From Octopus vulgaris (Eukaryota): a stretch of DNA of 64,000 nucleotides. This document shows, piece by piece, positions 29,618 through 43,465 of this stretch. A program made the position numbers and the translations under genes. Each line of letters starts with the position of its first letter. The stretch's first letter is position 1. The notes beneath the pieces are model-generated. The model was not told the DNA's origin and searched no databases. It saw only the letters and a list, made by a program, of their open reading frames with translations. The DNA lies in contig OX597823.1 in the NCBI GenBank assembly GCA_951406725.2, positions 9,052,001 to 9,116,000 on the forward strand, in the 5' to 3' direction.

Positions 29618-30013
29618 CTAGCAGTATCGCCCGGCGTTGCTCGGGTTTGTAAGGGAAATAACTATATAAGCATTTTTAGAGATGTAAAGTATAATAGCCA
29701 TCTCAATATGGATAACCACAAAGGGGGTAGTGTTACTGTAGCTTTTTACGTTCTGAGATTTGATAATAAATTTTTAGAGAGTTACTTCCCTTATATATGA
29801 CAAAAATGCATTAAAAATGGGGAAAATTGATGGTAATTTTTTTTTAAATCGTAGACTCATCGTAGACGCGCGCTAATACCCAGAAGGGCTCGATATGAAT
29901 CACGACTATAAGATACCCGGTTTTGGTTAAACTGCACCGCAAAATGTGGGAGTAGTTAGGAATCTAAATGGTAGGAGACAGACAGCACACAACCTCACTT
30001 TTATATATAAAGA
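29618..30013 (-). mobile_element. Non-autonomous Helitron family L
   Basis: 5' TC, 3' hairpin cccgagcaacgccggg then CTAG; inserted between A and T with no TSD; three copies in the window. Confidence 0.9.
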
Positions 30014-33000
30014 TATGCACGCACTCTGATACACATATGCACATGCGCGCACACACACACACACACATCCACACATACTCGCTTGTATATGATGTAGTAT
30101 AATACAGATGTATATACATATGCGCATATATTTTCTACTTTCATGTGATAAATATAACAGCGATAACAATATTAACGATAACAATAAGAGCAGCAGTAAC
30201 AGCAGCAGCAACAACAAAACCAACAACAATATTAATAATGCAGACGACCAGTTAGCACATACGCCTGACATTTGCATTTCAAACTTCTTCATTTAAAAAA
30301 ATTACACAGTCTGTTAATAATTGATACTATATTAAGGAATGACTAAAAAACTTCACTGAATCGAGCTGAAAAAGTAGGGACTGTCAATGACAAGCTATCC
30401 ATCATAAAGGCTTTGAATAACAAATATTCTTTTATAAAACTCGATCTTAAATACCAGCGTAAATAAAGGGACGCACAAAGTAATGTAGGATAGGAAACTT
30501 GACGTCTCGATATATGAACATTTTCTGATATAGGTAAGATGAATTCTATGATTATGTATCTTTCCTCTTAACAACTGAATATACCTTGGAAAAGACAAAC
30601 CAACTGTAAAGACTCTATGCGATTGCTTGACCTGCTAATGAAAGCATTCAAATCTCGTCAAATGTAAAAGAAATGCTTTAAAAGGGGAAGGATAGCCTAG
30701 ATGATGTTTTTGCTAGATGTACACTGCCTGAAGGGCAAAAGCAAGATAATCATGTCAGAACAACGTTAGCTCATAAGTTTCCTTTAATAATGATAATAGA
30801 AACGTCGACAACCACAGCGACAACAACAATAATAAACAGCAATGATCTGAGGATCTCTAATGTATATCAGAGGTTGCATTACAATGTAAAATATAGTTTT
30901 TTTAATTGAATTATGTATATATTACTTAACGTAAATATGCTCTATGAAGGCAACAATATTGTGGTAGTCGAGTTGAGGAAGGATCTTGTATAGGCGTATA
31001 GTGTAAAAAAAGTACAAGCGTATTAGTAACAGACGGAAAGTGTCCAGGAGCGATGGAATTGCTAGATCCGGGATTTCTGAATACTTGTGAGTCATGAGTA
31101 GTAAGTATCTACTATCAACCGGATGCTTAGGCGAATTTCACTTCTACTGATTTAGAAAATTGGTGATTAACAGATCATTGATGTCGCAAATAGCTGGCAG
31201 GGCAGCCACCAATTCGTTATTAGCGACATTACCAGACGAAAAGTGTTCAAAAGTAACGAAGAAATTACTATATCCGGTATTTGGTATTTCTACGTAATTG
31301 CGCGTCATCAACTGCATGCTTAGATAGATTTCTGTTGGCTCAAATATTGTGCGAATCATTTGTAGAAAATTTACCTGTAATATGGTTTGGATTGATCTCT
31401 ATTCATTTGTTTGTTCAACCATAAACTTACTCGTTAGTTTATGGTCTAACGAGTAAGTCATTGAACATACTAAGACATGTTTTCAATTATTGTAACTCTC
31501 ATCCAAAATTAGCATTACAATTTCACTTACAAGGTAAGCGTCGACTCAAGGATATAGCAAATTACAATTGTCAAAAATGCCACGCAGCGGGACAGAACCC
31601 AAGACGTCATGATTACGAAGTAAGCTTCTTAACCATTCTGCCATACTACTACATATAAGGTGTGTAACAAGTAACGGACAAGCAACGTACCTGCTACCAG
31701 AAAGCTAAAAGCACTAAATATTCACCTTAGACAATAGGTTAGCAAAGTACGATGTTAGTATTGATTCTTTCAATGTATTATCTTTAAATGTTCGGAGCAA
31801 TTTCTATATATGTATAGTGAGATAATATCAGGTTAGCAGAGGCTATGATAGAGTATTTTAAAGAACGAAATTACTTGGTCATTAAAAAAGAAGCGAAGAA
31901 GCGAAGTCTTTTAGAATTTAACTTGCCACAGACAATTACCACACTCCCGTCAGTTTTTATTGTTAGTATTGTTCATGTCAATGTTTTATAATTGTAGGCA
32001 AAGACATCGAGAGGCAGAACTTCAGCTGAGTAATGTTGAGAAAATCCATAGCCTTCAACTTTCTTAACCTAGTTAACCAACTAGTTGCAATTCATCAAAA
32101 TTTCTCATAACACATTAGCAGATGCAGATGCGCCAGGATTAAGAATTTCATTACTTCTTGAGTTACTAAGCATTTTGTTTATCAAGTTAACCTTGATATC
32201 GGAATAATTTATTAACATATTTGATTTGGAAGAGGAATTTACATCGGAAGACGTAGTTAGATGTTGTTTAAATAACTTATTTTGCAAGTTGTTATTCTAG
32301 AACTGTACTGAAAGTGATGTGAAATTTGACATGGATTTTAACTGATATAGGTCGTTCGTATCTCCTTTATTAGGCAAGTGTTTCTTCTCCAAACAAATGC
32401 GCTTCTCAACATAATCTCCATTTCAGACGAAGCATTTTGCGCCATCATTGAACTGACTCTGAAAATATCCCTCAAAAAATTTCAGGTATGTACAGTTACA
32501 CCCACTTTTCACAGACCCTTCTATCTCTGTTAATAAGTGGCTGACATGAAATAATCTTCTTCTTTGGAACGAGCAGGTGGAAACGGCAGTTGTTAGATCC
32601 AAGCTCTACAGCGAATAGGGGCTCACTGACCAAACGAATTTGCCGATTGATTCTTGTCAAAGTGGAGTATAACATGCGTTTCCAAAAGTCTAAGAAGTAC
32701 CTAATGGATTTCCTAAATGTGCCAGGGTGGATTCGGAGAAACCCCAATAGGCCATCCAGACAGAGTACTCGTTATATTATCTATCAAATATAAATTAGAG
32801 AGTCAGCAATTTAAACTAGTCACAAAAATGAGATATTTGTGATTTGCACAGTCGATTTAGATGGGATTTATAGACCAAAACCCTGACATGCAAAGACTAG
32901 AGAGGCCGGATTACCGAGTTAGTAAAGTGGCAATAGTTAGCAAAAACAAAACAGTCTATAGCAGGTGATAGGACGCCCCGAAAAAGGCGAATATTTATGC

Positions 33001-33109
33001 ATCGGTTGCGTGTAGTAAATAACCTGTGATGCATCAGAGGCGCAAGGATTTAATAAACTCTAATACACAGTAAGAGATGGCATTGCAACCAATGCACTAC
33101 TGGCAAGAA

Positions 33110-33230
33110 TGGCTTTGTTCGGCCCGTGGCTATAGTAGGAAACACTTGCCCAAGGTGCCACGCAGTGGGACAGAACCCAGAAACATGAGGTTGGTAGGCA
33201 AGCTACTTACCACAAGGCCACTCCTGCGCC
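33110..33230 (-). mobile_element. SINE family A head fragment
   Basis: acacttgcccaaggtgccacgcagtggga..ccactcctgcgcct. Confidence 0.8.
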
Positions 33231-33238
33231 TCTCTGTC

Positions 33239-33328
<90 letters not shown>

Positions 33329-34108
33329 CACATATACATATATGTATTAATTTATTTTTATGCTTTATATATTAGAGCATGTATTTACGTACATATACAT
33401 ACGTACACGCACAGACACGTGCACACTCATATACACACAAACAAACGTGAACACACACGCGCGTTCACGCACGAGTGCACACTTAACGCACACACACGCG
33501 CGCACACACACACGCGCGCACACACACACGCGCGCACACACACACGCGCGCACACACATCGCGCGCACACACACACGCACATGAAGGTTTTTATCAGATG
33601 AAACTGACAAATAACCAGATGGTAGCTTTAGTTAGACTGATCTGCGTAGCTGCCAGAATTAAAAATCAAACGTAAAAACAAAAGTTTAAAAATTAAAAGC
33701 TAACATAGAAAAATAGGAAACATAGAAAAATAGGAAGAATAGAAAAATAGGACACAATTATACTTTCAGAAAACAATTAATTGCTTTTTTAACTCCTCAA
33801 TAATCACAATCGCACACCCGAAAGACATATATTGTAGCACAAGAAAATATTTTCATTACAAATTAATAATGTAGTAATTGTCGGCTGCGAATGTTTAAAG
33901 GGAATCTTGATATCTTGTTTAGTATTTCCTGGTTCGCCAGATATATGGCGATAATCTGTTTTTCTTTTTTCTTTTTGTCAGCAAGCTTAAATAACTTTAT
34001 TAAAAGTAAGTTTAGTTTATAATTGCATATGGAAAATCTTTGGAAACTAAAAATTTTAGGTCCGTTTGAACAAAATTACATAGATATTTTCAAGATGATA
34101 GCAACAGT

Positions 34109-34146
<38 letters not shown>

Positions 34147-34174
34147 TATATGTCGCCTCGTGGAAATATATTTC

Positions 34175-34399
34175 CTTGGCTTCTTTGCTGACGAGACAGG
34201 CCAGTGGTAAATAAATTTAATTTAATTTAATTAAATTGGTTTAGCAATATGTGTGTCGAAACTATGCATAGACCAAAGATGATAAGGGTAAATGTTTTTA
34301 TTTTCCTTTGGTTTCTGAATTACAACTGTTTAGCGGTTTCAGTTTGGCTGCTCTTTCTGGTGGGTTGAATGACGTGTCAAGGCCATTCCTTAATGTTGT

Positions 34400-34400
<1 letters not shown>
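34175..34400 (+). mobile_element. Short repeat family I (retrozyme-like)
   Basis: Reverse-complement copy at 42838-43063; lies among (TA)n. Confidence 0.85.
34183..34278 (+). ncRNA. Type I hammerhead ribozyme fold (cleavage triplet mutated to GAC)
   Basis: ctttg-CTGACGA-gaca..tgtc-GAAA-ctatgcatag-ac-caaag. Confidence 0.75.
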
Positions 34401-34447
<47 letters not shown>

Positions 34448-34524
34448 ACAACATTAATATATATATACAACAACGCGAGGACGTGGTACGTGCAATATAT
34501 ATATATATTATGTTATTATTATTA

Positions 34525-34605
34525 TTCAGGTCACTGCCTGGAATCGAACTCGGAATCCTGAGGTTAGTAGCCCGCGCTCTTAACCACTACACCATATGCC
34601 CGTGG
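34525..34605 (-). mobile_element. SINE family E head only
   Basis: Matches 4332-4410. Confidence 0.85.
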
Positions 34606-35093
34606 TATATACGAGAGAGCGTGAAAGAGGTATATTAGATGATTTATAATACGTACGTAAAAGTATACATAATTAAGAGTTTTTGAAACCGTAGCTGAAA
34701 GAGATTAGCGTATTATATATCAAGAAACCTAATACAAACCAGTCAATATGAGACAAATAATAACATAAGTTTGCGTAGGTATTCACATAGCAAAACTATT
34801 TGATCAACACGATAGAGTGAAACAGGCTTACATTTACAAATATATGTATGAATATGATATATCAGTATACATAACCACTTCTGAGGTTTGCTGAGTTAAC
34901 ACTTATACACGGATGGTGAACCGCATAAATTTTATTATGACTTGAATCTCAAAGTTACCGAAATATTATATTTCACACAAGTATCAGGGTGCGGACTATG
35001 AATAAAAAGCTGTTAGACCGGCGGGTAATAAACATTGGAATTCTTACCATTTGAAATGTACTATTTTTCAAGAACCATTAATTATTCTTTAAT

Positions 35094-35717
35094 TCTTTTA
35101 CTTGTTTCAGTCATTTAGCTGCGGCCATGCTGGAGCACCGTCTTTAGTCGAGCAAATCGACCGCAGGATTTATTTTTTGTAAGCCTAGTACTTATTCTAT
35201 CGCATCTCATTTGCTGAACCGCTAAGTTACGGGGGCGTAAACATACTAGCATTGGTTGTCAAGCTATGGTGGGGGGATAAACACACATACACAAACACAT
35301 GCAAACACATACATATATATGTATGTATGTATATATAAATATATATATCATTTGCCATGATATATATGTATGTATATATGTATGTATACATATACATATG
35401 TATTATTCGCCATGATAGATCGCTAGCCACTAAACCTTTTTTTCAATTTTCTGTCCCTGTTTATTTCTGTGTTCCTTTCTGTCGAAGAGCGTAGGCTCGA
35501 AACATAAAAGCGTTAAACCAATACATCTGCTTATTGTTTACTCACCCGTCTTTGTCTTGTTTGATTTTTAAAAATTCTCGGGCTTCTTTCAGTTTCCGTC
35601 TACCAAATCCACTCACAAGGCATTGTTCGGCCCGAGGCTATACGTAGAAGACACTTGCCCGAGGTGCGACGCAGTGGAACTGAACCCGGAACCATATTGT
35701 TGGTAAGCAAGCCATTC
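35094..35717 (-). mobile_element. SINE family A copy interrupted by a family F insertion
   Basis: Tail half 35094-35300 and head half 35578-35717. Confidence 0.85.
35409..35577 (+). mobile_element. Family F element with variant hammerhead-like core (35475-35510)
   Basis: gccatgatagatcgctagccacta..cttt-ctgtcga-a-gagc(gtag)gctc-gaaac-ata-aaag. Confidence 0.75.
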
Positions 35718-36207
35718 CTCTGCATGTTTATTACCGCTATAATTTTAATATCTTGTTTTCTTCGACTATAAAGCAAATTTCAACTACATAATAATACCTG
35801 AAATACCTCATTAAGTTAAACGCACCTGATTTCCTTCACTTGATTTGCCTCAAATGATGAACTTGGTATTTCAGACCCTTAGTTCACTTTTTGTTTCAGT
35901 TATGCTAAAAACTGCAGACCGAACCTCTTCTTAACACTTTTAGATCTAATAGAAATATGAATTAGCTAATGAAACAGGTTTGAATTGGACTATGTTTGTC
36001 TGACGCGACACGACATGAGTTTAAATTAATAATTATATTTCAGTGAATTTATTGCTATTTTGTAAAAATACTTTTTAATGGCTTAGACACACCGGATAAT
36101 AATGTAGCGTTAGATATACTGAGTTTGAAAGAAAGGCAATGCCAGATACTTTATGCTATCAATGTTTTCATCATTGCTTTCTTCAGAACCAATATTGGAC
36201 TAAAAAA

Positions 36208-36303
<96 letters not shown>

Positions 36304-36825
36304 CAACAACAGCGATAACAAAACAACAGCGATAACAGCAATAATAATCTGCCGTCTTTAGAATAGAGAACTATATAACGGATACAGTAAGTCTGTTTCA
36401 ATAGACGGAACGGTCACGGATACAAGTACTTCGATCACAGGGCTGCCTTTTCAGACCAGAACCAAAGCTAAACAACAACGTATCCCGATAGACAAAGCAT
36501 AACATTTCTTTTTTTTATAATCAACAACACACACATACAAAAAAAAAAAAAAAATTCCTCTACTGACCCACTGACTAGTTCTCTCTACATGGAATAAAGT
36601 GTATTGAGCTGTTCCAAGCTAATGAAGGCGTGAATCATCATCGTATGCTATCGAAAATACACACACACACACACAGACACACACACAGGCACAGACACAC
36701 AAACACACGCGCGCACGCAGTACACCCACACATACAAACGCACAACACATGCGCAAAAGAAGATATAAATATACGCGTGCATATGTATGCCTATGTATGT
36801 ATGTGTGCGTATATATATGTATATA

Positions 36826-36951
<126 letters not shown>

Positions 36952-38341
36952 TGTATGTATGTATGTATGTATTTGTCAGTCAGAGAGCCCGCTCGCATGT
37001 GTGTATGCATCTATATGCCAAATATTCGTCTTTGCATTGCGCATGTGTGTATATGTGCGTATATTAACAGCGAGAGAAGAGGTGATCCTATGATATGCTT
37101 GCAAAATGAAAGAAATATTTGATTGATACATTGGGAATGTTTATTTATGCCAATGTATAAGGCGGTAATGGTCTACAACAACTGATAGAAATTGTACAAG
37201 GAATGATTTCAAAGAAGCTATAACTGAAGTAGATATCGTTAGTCCTTCACCCATTGGCATTAAAACCATTAACACATATCAATTGAAGCATTTAGCTGAG
37301 AATACAGTCACATTCACCATATTTGCATCATTGAACCAAGGCTCCCTCGTGAAGTATATTTCGAAGTCAGCTATTTATATTGATGTCTGTATATCTATGA
37401 CTGCCGCCAATAAAACATGGCTTTTAATCACTAGTTTTCGTGTGCTTGGGCCTCTCTCATCGCCTTTCACTCTTTTTAGCTCATTTAATCGAAGTTCTTT
37501 TATATTTCCGCTTTGCCTTCTCTTTAACATCGTCCTGGTCTTCCATTCCTCTTTTAGCTTTTGTCTTCTTTTACTTACATTTTCTTCTTCTTCTTACCTC
37601 CTACTTATTTTGATTCCTGATACCATACAATATTCCATTCCTTTTACCAAATTCTTTTTTTTTTTTTTGTTATCTTTATAGTTATTCCCTGTTTTATAAA
37701 TGTCATTCTTCTCTCAGCGTTTGGCAATCTTTTTCATTCGCCGAAGTCGTCATTTTTCTTTTTTCATCTGACTATTCTTTCTTCGTTCATTTCTTCATTC
37801 TTCTTTTTCTTATTCTTCCGATCGTTAAGCCATTGTCTCATTCATCTTTATTTGATCACTAACGTATTTTTTGTTTACCTCGCTTTATCGCAAGTTTTCA
37901 TCTTTATTTTACTCTATTTTTCCATAACCTTATAACCTACTATCTCACAATGCTTTTCTTCCATCAATCTCCCTATCAACCAAATATCTAACTACATAAT
38001 TGCCCATCTACGCAGCGTTTCAAGCGTGCTATCTATAAAATACATACATATACAAATCCATATATACATAAATACATACATATATACATACGTACGTACA
38101 TAAAACATGTATCGATATACATATATGTACGTGTGTGTGTGTGTGATTTTGATATATATAAGTAGGTATGTATTCATTTTCACACTCACATATACACACG
38201 CACCCGCGCGCACACACATACATATGATATATATACTAGTGTACATATATATATTATTAATGAGCCAAAGAAACAGTTTCCAGCACTATAGAATATTTAT
38301 TTAACTTAGCTGAAGAAAACATACACCAACATCTACATGCA

Positions 38342-38399
<58 letters not shown>

Positions 38400-38483
38400 T
38401 ATATGTATATATATATTTATATATATATATATATATTTATTTATATATATATAAATATATATATATATATGTACGTATATATA

Positions 38484-38720
38484 AAGAGATCAAAGAGGAA
38501 AAGGATCCCATCAACTTTGAAAGGAGTCTGGATAGATTCCTTCAAAGAATACCAGATAAGCCACCCATAATTGGATACAACTCACCCAACAAGAACTCAC
38601 TACTTGAATGGATCATAAACAAAACTTGACTTAAACAGGATTCGAATAATCCTATCAAGTGGGGCTATTAAGTTAGACATGGCCTGGACCAATCTTTGGT
38701 CGAAACATATCTAAGTTTAT
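38484..38720 (+). mobile_element. 3' end of a CR1/L2-like LINE
   Basis: [41 protein letters not shown] fits the F..LD.FL..IPD.P..GY..NSL C-terminus; hairpin gaccaatctttggtc downstream. Confidence 0.65.
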
Positions 38721-39142
38721 CTTTCTCGCTGGACCGCTGGTAGCAGAGAATTTTTTCTAGAATTTTTTGCTACCCTTATACTTATTAATTAAGTTTATAT
38801 ATATCTATATATATCAGACCCCGCATACGCACTTATACTCTCTCTCACACACACACACACACCTATACATACCAATACGTACTAATACATATAATACATA
38901 TAATACATACACAACCCCATATACGCACGTCCAGACCAATCTTACCACTAATACTCTCTCATACACACACACACACACACACCCTTATACATACTAATAC
39001 ATACACCAACCCTATACATAACACATCCAGACCCCTCCCGCACTTTAGCTGGTCCCTCAACCCATTTATCAACCCTATTATCTCCCCTTATTTCGCTCTC
39101 GCGTCTCATGTTTGATCTTTGACCTCTGGCCGAAATCAGATC

Positions 39143-39286
39143 GCCATGTTGATTCGTTAGCTACTGCACTTTTTCTCCTTCTTTCTGTGTTTTCTCTCTC
39201 TTGTATCTTTCTGTTGAAGAGCGTAGGCTCGAAACGTTATATATATATATACAATTGTTCGTTTGTTTTACCTGCCTTCGTCTTTT

Positions 39287-39290
<4 letters not shown>
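39143..39290 (+). mobile_element. Family F element with variant hammerhead-like core (39207-39240)
   Basis: cttt-ctgttga-a-gagcgtaggctc-gaaacgtt. Confidence 0.7.
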
Positions 39291-39337
<47 letters not shown>

Positions 39338-39704
39338 TTGTGTCAGAACAGGTTGCTGGAATAAGTAAATACCTTCTTTCTTTCTATTGACTACCTCCTT
39401 ATTGTAGGAATGTTAGAGGGTAAGGACATGTAACATTCGGGAGCTAAATAGTATAATGCTTTGTTATGAATGGTGATAGATATACGATGCTGTTGAAAAC
39501 TTTCAAGGCAAAAGAAATTACCGAACTTCTGATATTAATATACACAAGTTAGCATAATTACTACGTGATATATACTCCACACAATCATACGGAATGGAAT
39601 ATGAATGCCAATTAATAACTATTAAGTCAATTATTATCATTATACTATATATTGTTTGTTTGTACTCCACCTGCCTTCGTCTTTTGTTTATTTTCATAAA
39701 CCGT

Positions 39705-39795
<91 letters not shown>

Positions 39796-39797
<2 letters not shown>

Positions 39798-39945
39798 CGT
39801 TCTGAGTTCAAATTCTGCCGAGATCGACTTTACCATTCATCCTTTCGGAGTCGATTAAATAAGTACCAGTTGCATACTGGTTCGATCTAATTGACTGCCC
39901 CCCTCCCCGAAAATTTCGGGCCTTGTACCTAGAGTAGAAAAGATT
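39796..39945 (+). mobile_element. 5'-truncated SINE family B
   Basis: tacgttctgagttcaaattctgccgag..catcctttcggagtcgat..aagtaccag. Confidence 0.8.
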
Positions 39946-40072
39946 ATTTATACAGCTATCTCTCTTACTCTTTCCCTTTCTTTATCTCTCTCATTCTTTT
40001 CTCTCCCTCTATACTTGTCTATACATAAATACATACATACGTATGTACACACATATATATGCATATATCCAC

Positions 40073-40170
<98 letters not shown>

Positions 40171-40342
40171 GTCTCTCTATCTATCTATATATCTACCTAT
40201 CTATCTATCTATATATCTACCTATCTATCTATCTATCTGTCTATCTACCTATCTATCTATCTATCTATCTATATATATATATATATGTATCTATCTATCT
40301 ATCTATATGTCTGTCTATCTCTCTCTCTCTCTCACACACACA

Positions 40343-40392
<50 letters not shown>

Positions 40393-40459
40393 TTATATAT
40401 ACATAACTATACTCACGACCACACACACACATATAACTTATGCTTATATACACAAACAC

Positions 40460-40911
40460 CAATTGTAATTGTTCGAAAACATAGGTGCGAATGTGAATTA
40501 TTTAGGTGGTTATTCACATATTTTTCTCCTTTCAGCGGAAATAGATAAGAGTCTGTATGTTTGTGTATAAGTGTATATGCGCGCGCAAGTGTGTTTGTGT
40601 GAATGTGTGTATTTGTGTGTGTACATGTGTGTGCTTATATGCAGGTGTACATTTCCGCATTTCTGCATGTAAGTGTGTCTGGCAGTGTTCGTAAATGTGA
40701 ATTAATAAAATTCTGTAAGCTTGTATACTGATCAGAGTATTTGACGTAAGTACGGTTAAAAAGAAAGCAAAGTCATTGAACACAATGCTTATCAATATAG
40801 ATACGCAAGTCGTAGTTTTATATCTTCTTATCAATTTACATACAGGCGCACACAGCTACACATTCCTATACACACACATAAACAATATACATCGATGTAT
40901 GTGTGTTCGTG

Positions 40912-41006
<95 letters not shown>

Positions 41007-41190
41007 GTATATGCACATATATCGCTTTGTAAGTATTTCCAAGTGTATCAATAAATAGTGGATTACTTTAACTCTATAATGTTTACAAACCATTTGAGTT
41101 TTTATACCAATCTGCAAAGGTAATGGCATGATATTACTTTTTATACAATACAGTATAACTATAACTTTATTTAGTTTCATATACAAATGT
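40460..41190 (+). repeat. Left copy of a ~750-bp diverged inverted duplication (partner 45738-46520)
   Basis: Shared blocks tttttctccttt.agcggaaatagataagagtct, tatactgatcagagtatttgacgtaagtac and aactctataatgttta.aaaccatttgagtttttataccaatctg.aaaggtaa. Confidence 0.85.
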
Positions 41191-41419
41191 CTCGTATGAC
41201 CATTTTTACACCTGCGAAACGTTATGTATTTTGGGTATTTACTTAGACATTTTGAAGAATATAACCCTCGACAATAAACAGAGAAATAAGGCGAAATTGT
41301 AGCAAATTGTCAACGCGCGTACCTTTTATATCAGCAATTCAGGACAACCATTGGCAAATTCTGTGTTATTCTTCCTAGATTTTTTTCAGTGGATATTTTG
41401 TTTTGTCTAAAGTACTCTT

Positions 41420-41620
41420 TCGAACAAAGATGGAAGGCGGGGCGGAATATATAAAGAACAGAATATCCAACTCCCGCAGACCATTCAACAAGCTAACAGA
41501 AATATGGAGAAGCAAATGCATAGGTCGCAAAATGCAGCTGAAGTTGTTCAAGACATTGGTCCGATAAGTATTACTCTACGGATGTGAAACCTGAGAAGTG
41601 GCAAAAATGAAAACCTGGAA
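41420..41620 (+). pseudogene. RTE-clade LINE reverse transcriptase C-terminal remnant
   Basis: IKNRI..SRRPFNKLTEIWRSKCIGRKMQLKLFKTLVR*VLLYGCET. Confidence 0.8.
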
Positions 41621-41791
41621 AGTGACAGAAAAAAATAAATAAAGGAGTTTCCATTTCACATGCTTAAGTACAACCGTCGACATCAATTGCAAACGCAGTT
41701 AACTGACCGTATTGTGGTTTTTAATAGCTGAAAACTGGCGACAGAAATTGATATTTCGTCCAGGAACCACAGGGTAGATATATTTTTCAAG

Positions 41792-42003
41792 AAGGCGGCG
41801 TGCTGGAAGAAACGTTAGTACGTCGGGCGAATTACTTAGCAGTATTTCGTCTGTTTTTACGTTCTGAGTTCAAATTCCGCCGAGGTTGACTTTGCCTGTC
41901 ATCCTTTCGGGGTCGATAAATTAAGTATCATTTGTCTATTGAGGTCTATCTAATCGACTGCCCCCCCCAAAAAAGATTTCGAGCCTTGTGCCTTGATTAG
42001 AGA
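41792..42003 (+). mobile_element. SINE family B with 16-bp TSD
   Basis: agatatatttttcaag at 41776-41791 and 42004-42019. Confidence 0.9.
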
Positions 42004-42137
42004 AGATATATTTTTCAAGTGTTGCGTTTTCCTTTTTATAAAAATGTTTTTACTCCCATTACTGATCGAATGCTACACTACTTGTTGAAACCTTCAGCCT
42101 TCAGGTTGAAACGTATAAGATAATAAAAGAATATGTA

Positions 42138-42305
42138 CGAGCAGGAGTGGTTGTGTGGTAAGTGGCTTGTTTATCAATCACAAATTTTTAGTTCAGTCCC
42201 ACTGCATGGCAACTTGGGCAGGTGTCATCTACTATATCCTCGGGCCGATCAAACACTTGAAAGTGGATTTAGTAGGTAGAAACTGGAACCAAGCTCGTAT
42301 ATATA

Positions 42306-42376
<71 letters not shown>

Positions 42377-42545
42377 TTTATTTAAAGCAGCAGAAATTTC
42401 AACAAAACCTGTTACGCTGAGTTTCCCGTTGCCGGGAGTAACAGGTTTTGTTGAATTTTCTGCTGCTTTAAATAAAGCATATTACTTTAACACTGGTATT
42501 TGAGTACTCTTTTTTCCACCTTGTTTTACAGTTATGTGTTTACTC

Positions 42546-42610
<65 letters not shown>

Positions 42611-42817
42611 TATATACATGCTTGTATGTCTGTGTTTATCTCTCCTCCCACTATCACTTAACAACTGATGTTGCTGTGCTTACATTTTCGTAAATTTGCG
42701 GTTCGGCAAACGAGGACGTTACAATAAGTACTAGGCTTATGAAGAATAAGTCATTGGGTCGATTTGTTCGACTAAAGGCGATGCTCCAGCATGGTAACAG
42801 ACTGAAACAAATAAAAG
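42138..42817 (+). mobile_element. Older SINE family A copy with a fold-back element nested in its (TA)n
   Basis: Head 42138-42300 and tail 42620-42817. Confidence 0.75.
42376..42478. repeat. Fold-back inverted repeat, ~40-bp arms
   Basis: ctttatttaaagcagcagaaatttcaacaaaacctgttac / gtaacaggttttgttgaattttctgctgctttaaataaag. Confidence 0.9.
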
Positions 42818-42837
42818 AATATGCATATATATATACA

Positions 42838-43063
42838 TTCAACAATATTAAGGAATGGCCTTGATAGGCCATTCGACCCACTAGTAAGAGCAGCTAAACT
42901 CAAACCGCTAAATAGTTGTAATTCAGAAACTAAAGGAAAATAAAAACATTGACCCTTATCATCTTTAGACTATGCATATTTTCGACATGCATATTGGCAA
43001 ACCGACTTAATTAAATTAAATTAAATCTATTTGCCACTGGCCTGTCTCGTCAGCAAAGAAGCC
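42838..43063 (-). mobile_element. Short repeat family I (retrozyme-like), second copy
   Basis: Reverse complement of 34175-34400. Confidence 0.85.
42963..43058 (-). ncRNA. Type I hammerhead ribozyme fold (GUC triplet intact)
   Basis: ctttg-CTGACGA-gaca..ggcaaa..tttgcc..tgtc-GAAA-atatgcatag-TC-taaag. Confidence 0.75.
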
Positions 43064-43465
43064 ATACATATATACATATACACTTACAATCGTTGAATTA
43101 TGAGCGAATTCTTTAACGCAGACCTAGCAAAAGCAGTTCTGAATTTTTCAGAATTTATGATCGTCAAGAGATCTAACATACAAAAGCTAATGCATTTCGT
43201 TTTGAAAGGTTCTTGTCAGAATAAAATATACTTTGCAGTAAAACAAAACAACAAATGAAAAATAGTGACAAATGAAGTTAAATAACTCTTGCCATGAATT
43301 ATTGCTCATTCAAAATTATAGCATACCTCATGTTACTCCATCTTTAAGATTTTTAGGTCCTCGGAAACCTCGTACTGTACATTTCCGCTTGAAAATAAAT
43401 GGATTTGTGACGGTTATATTGGACTTAATCACGGCTTGTTTGATGATGAATAACACTTTTTTTGT

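Noticed and set aside
38673-38715. ttaga..gacca(atctt)tggtc-gaaac-ata-tctaa, hammerhead-like 3' half
   Set aside because: No CTGANGA core between the stems; more simply a LINE 3' UTR hairpin.
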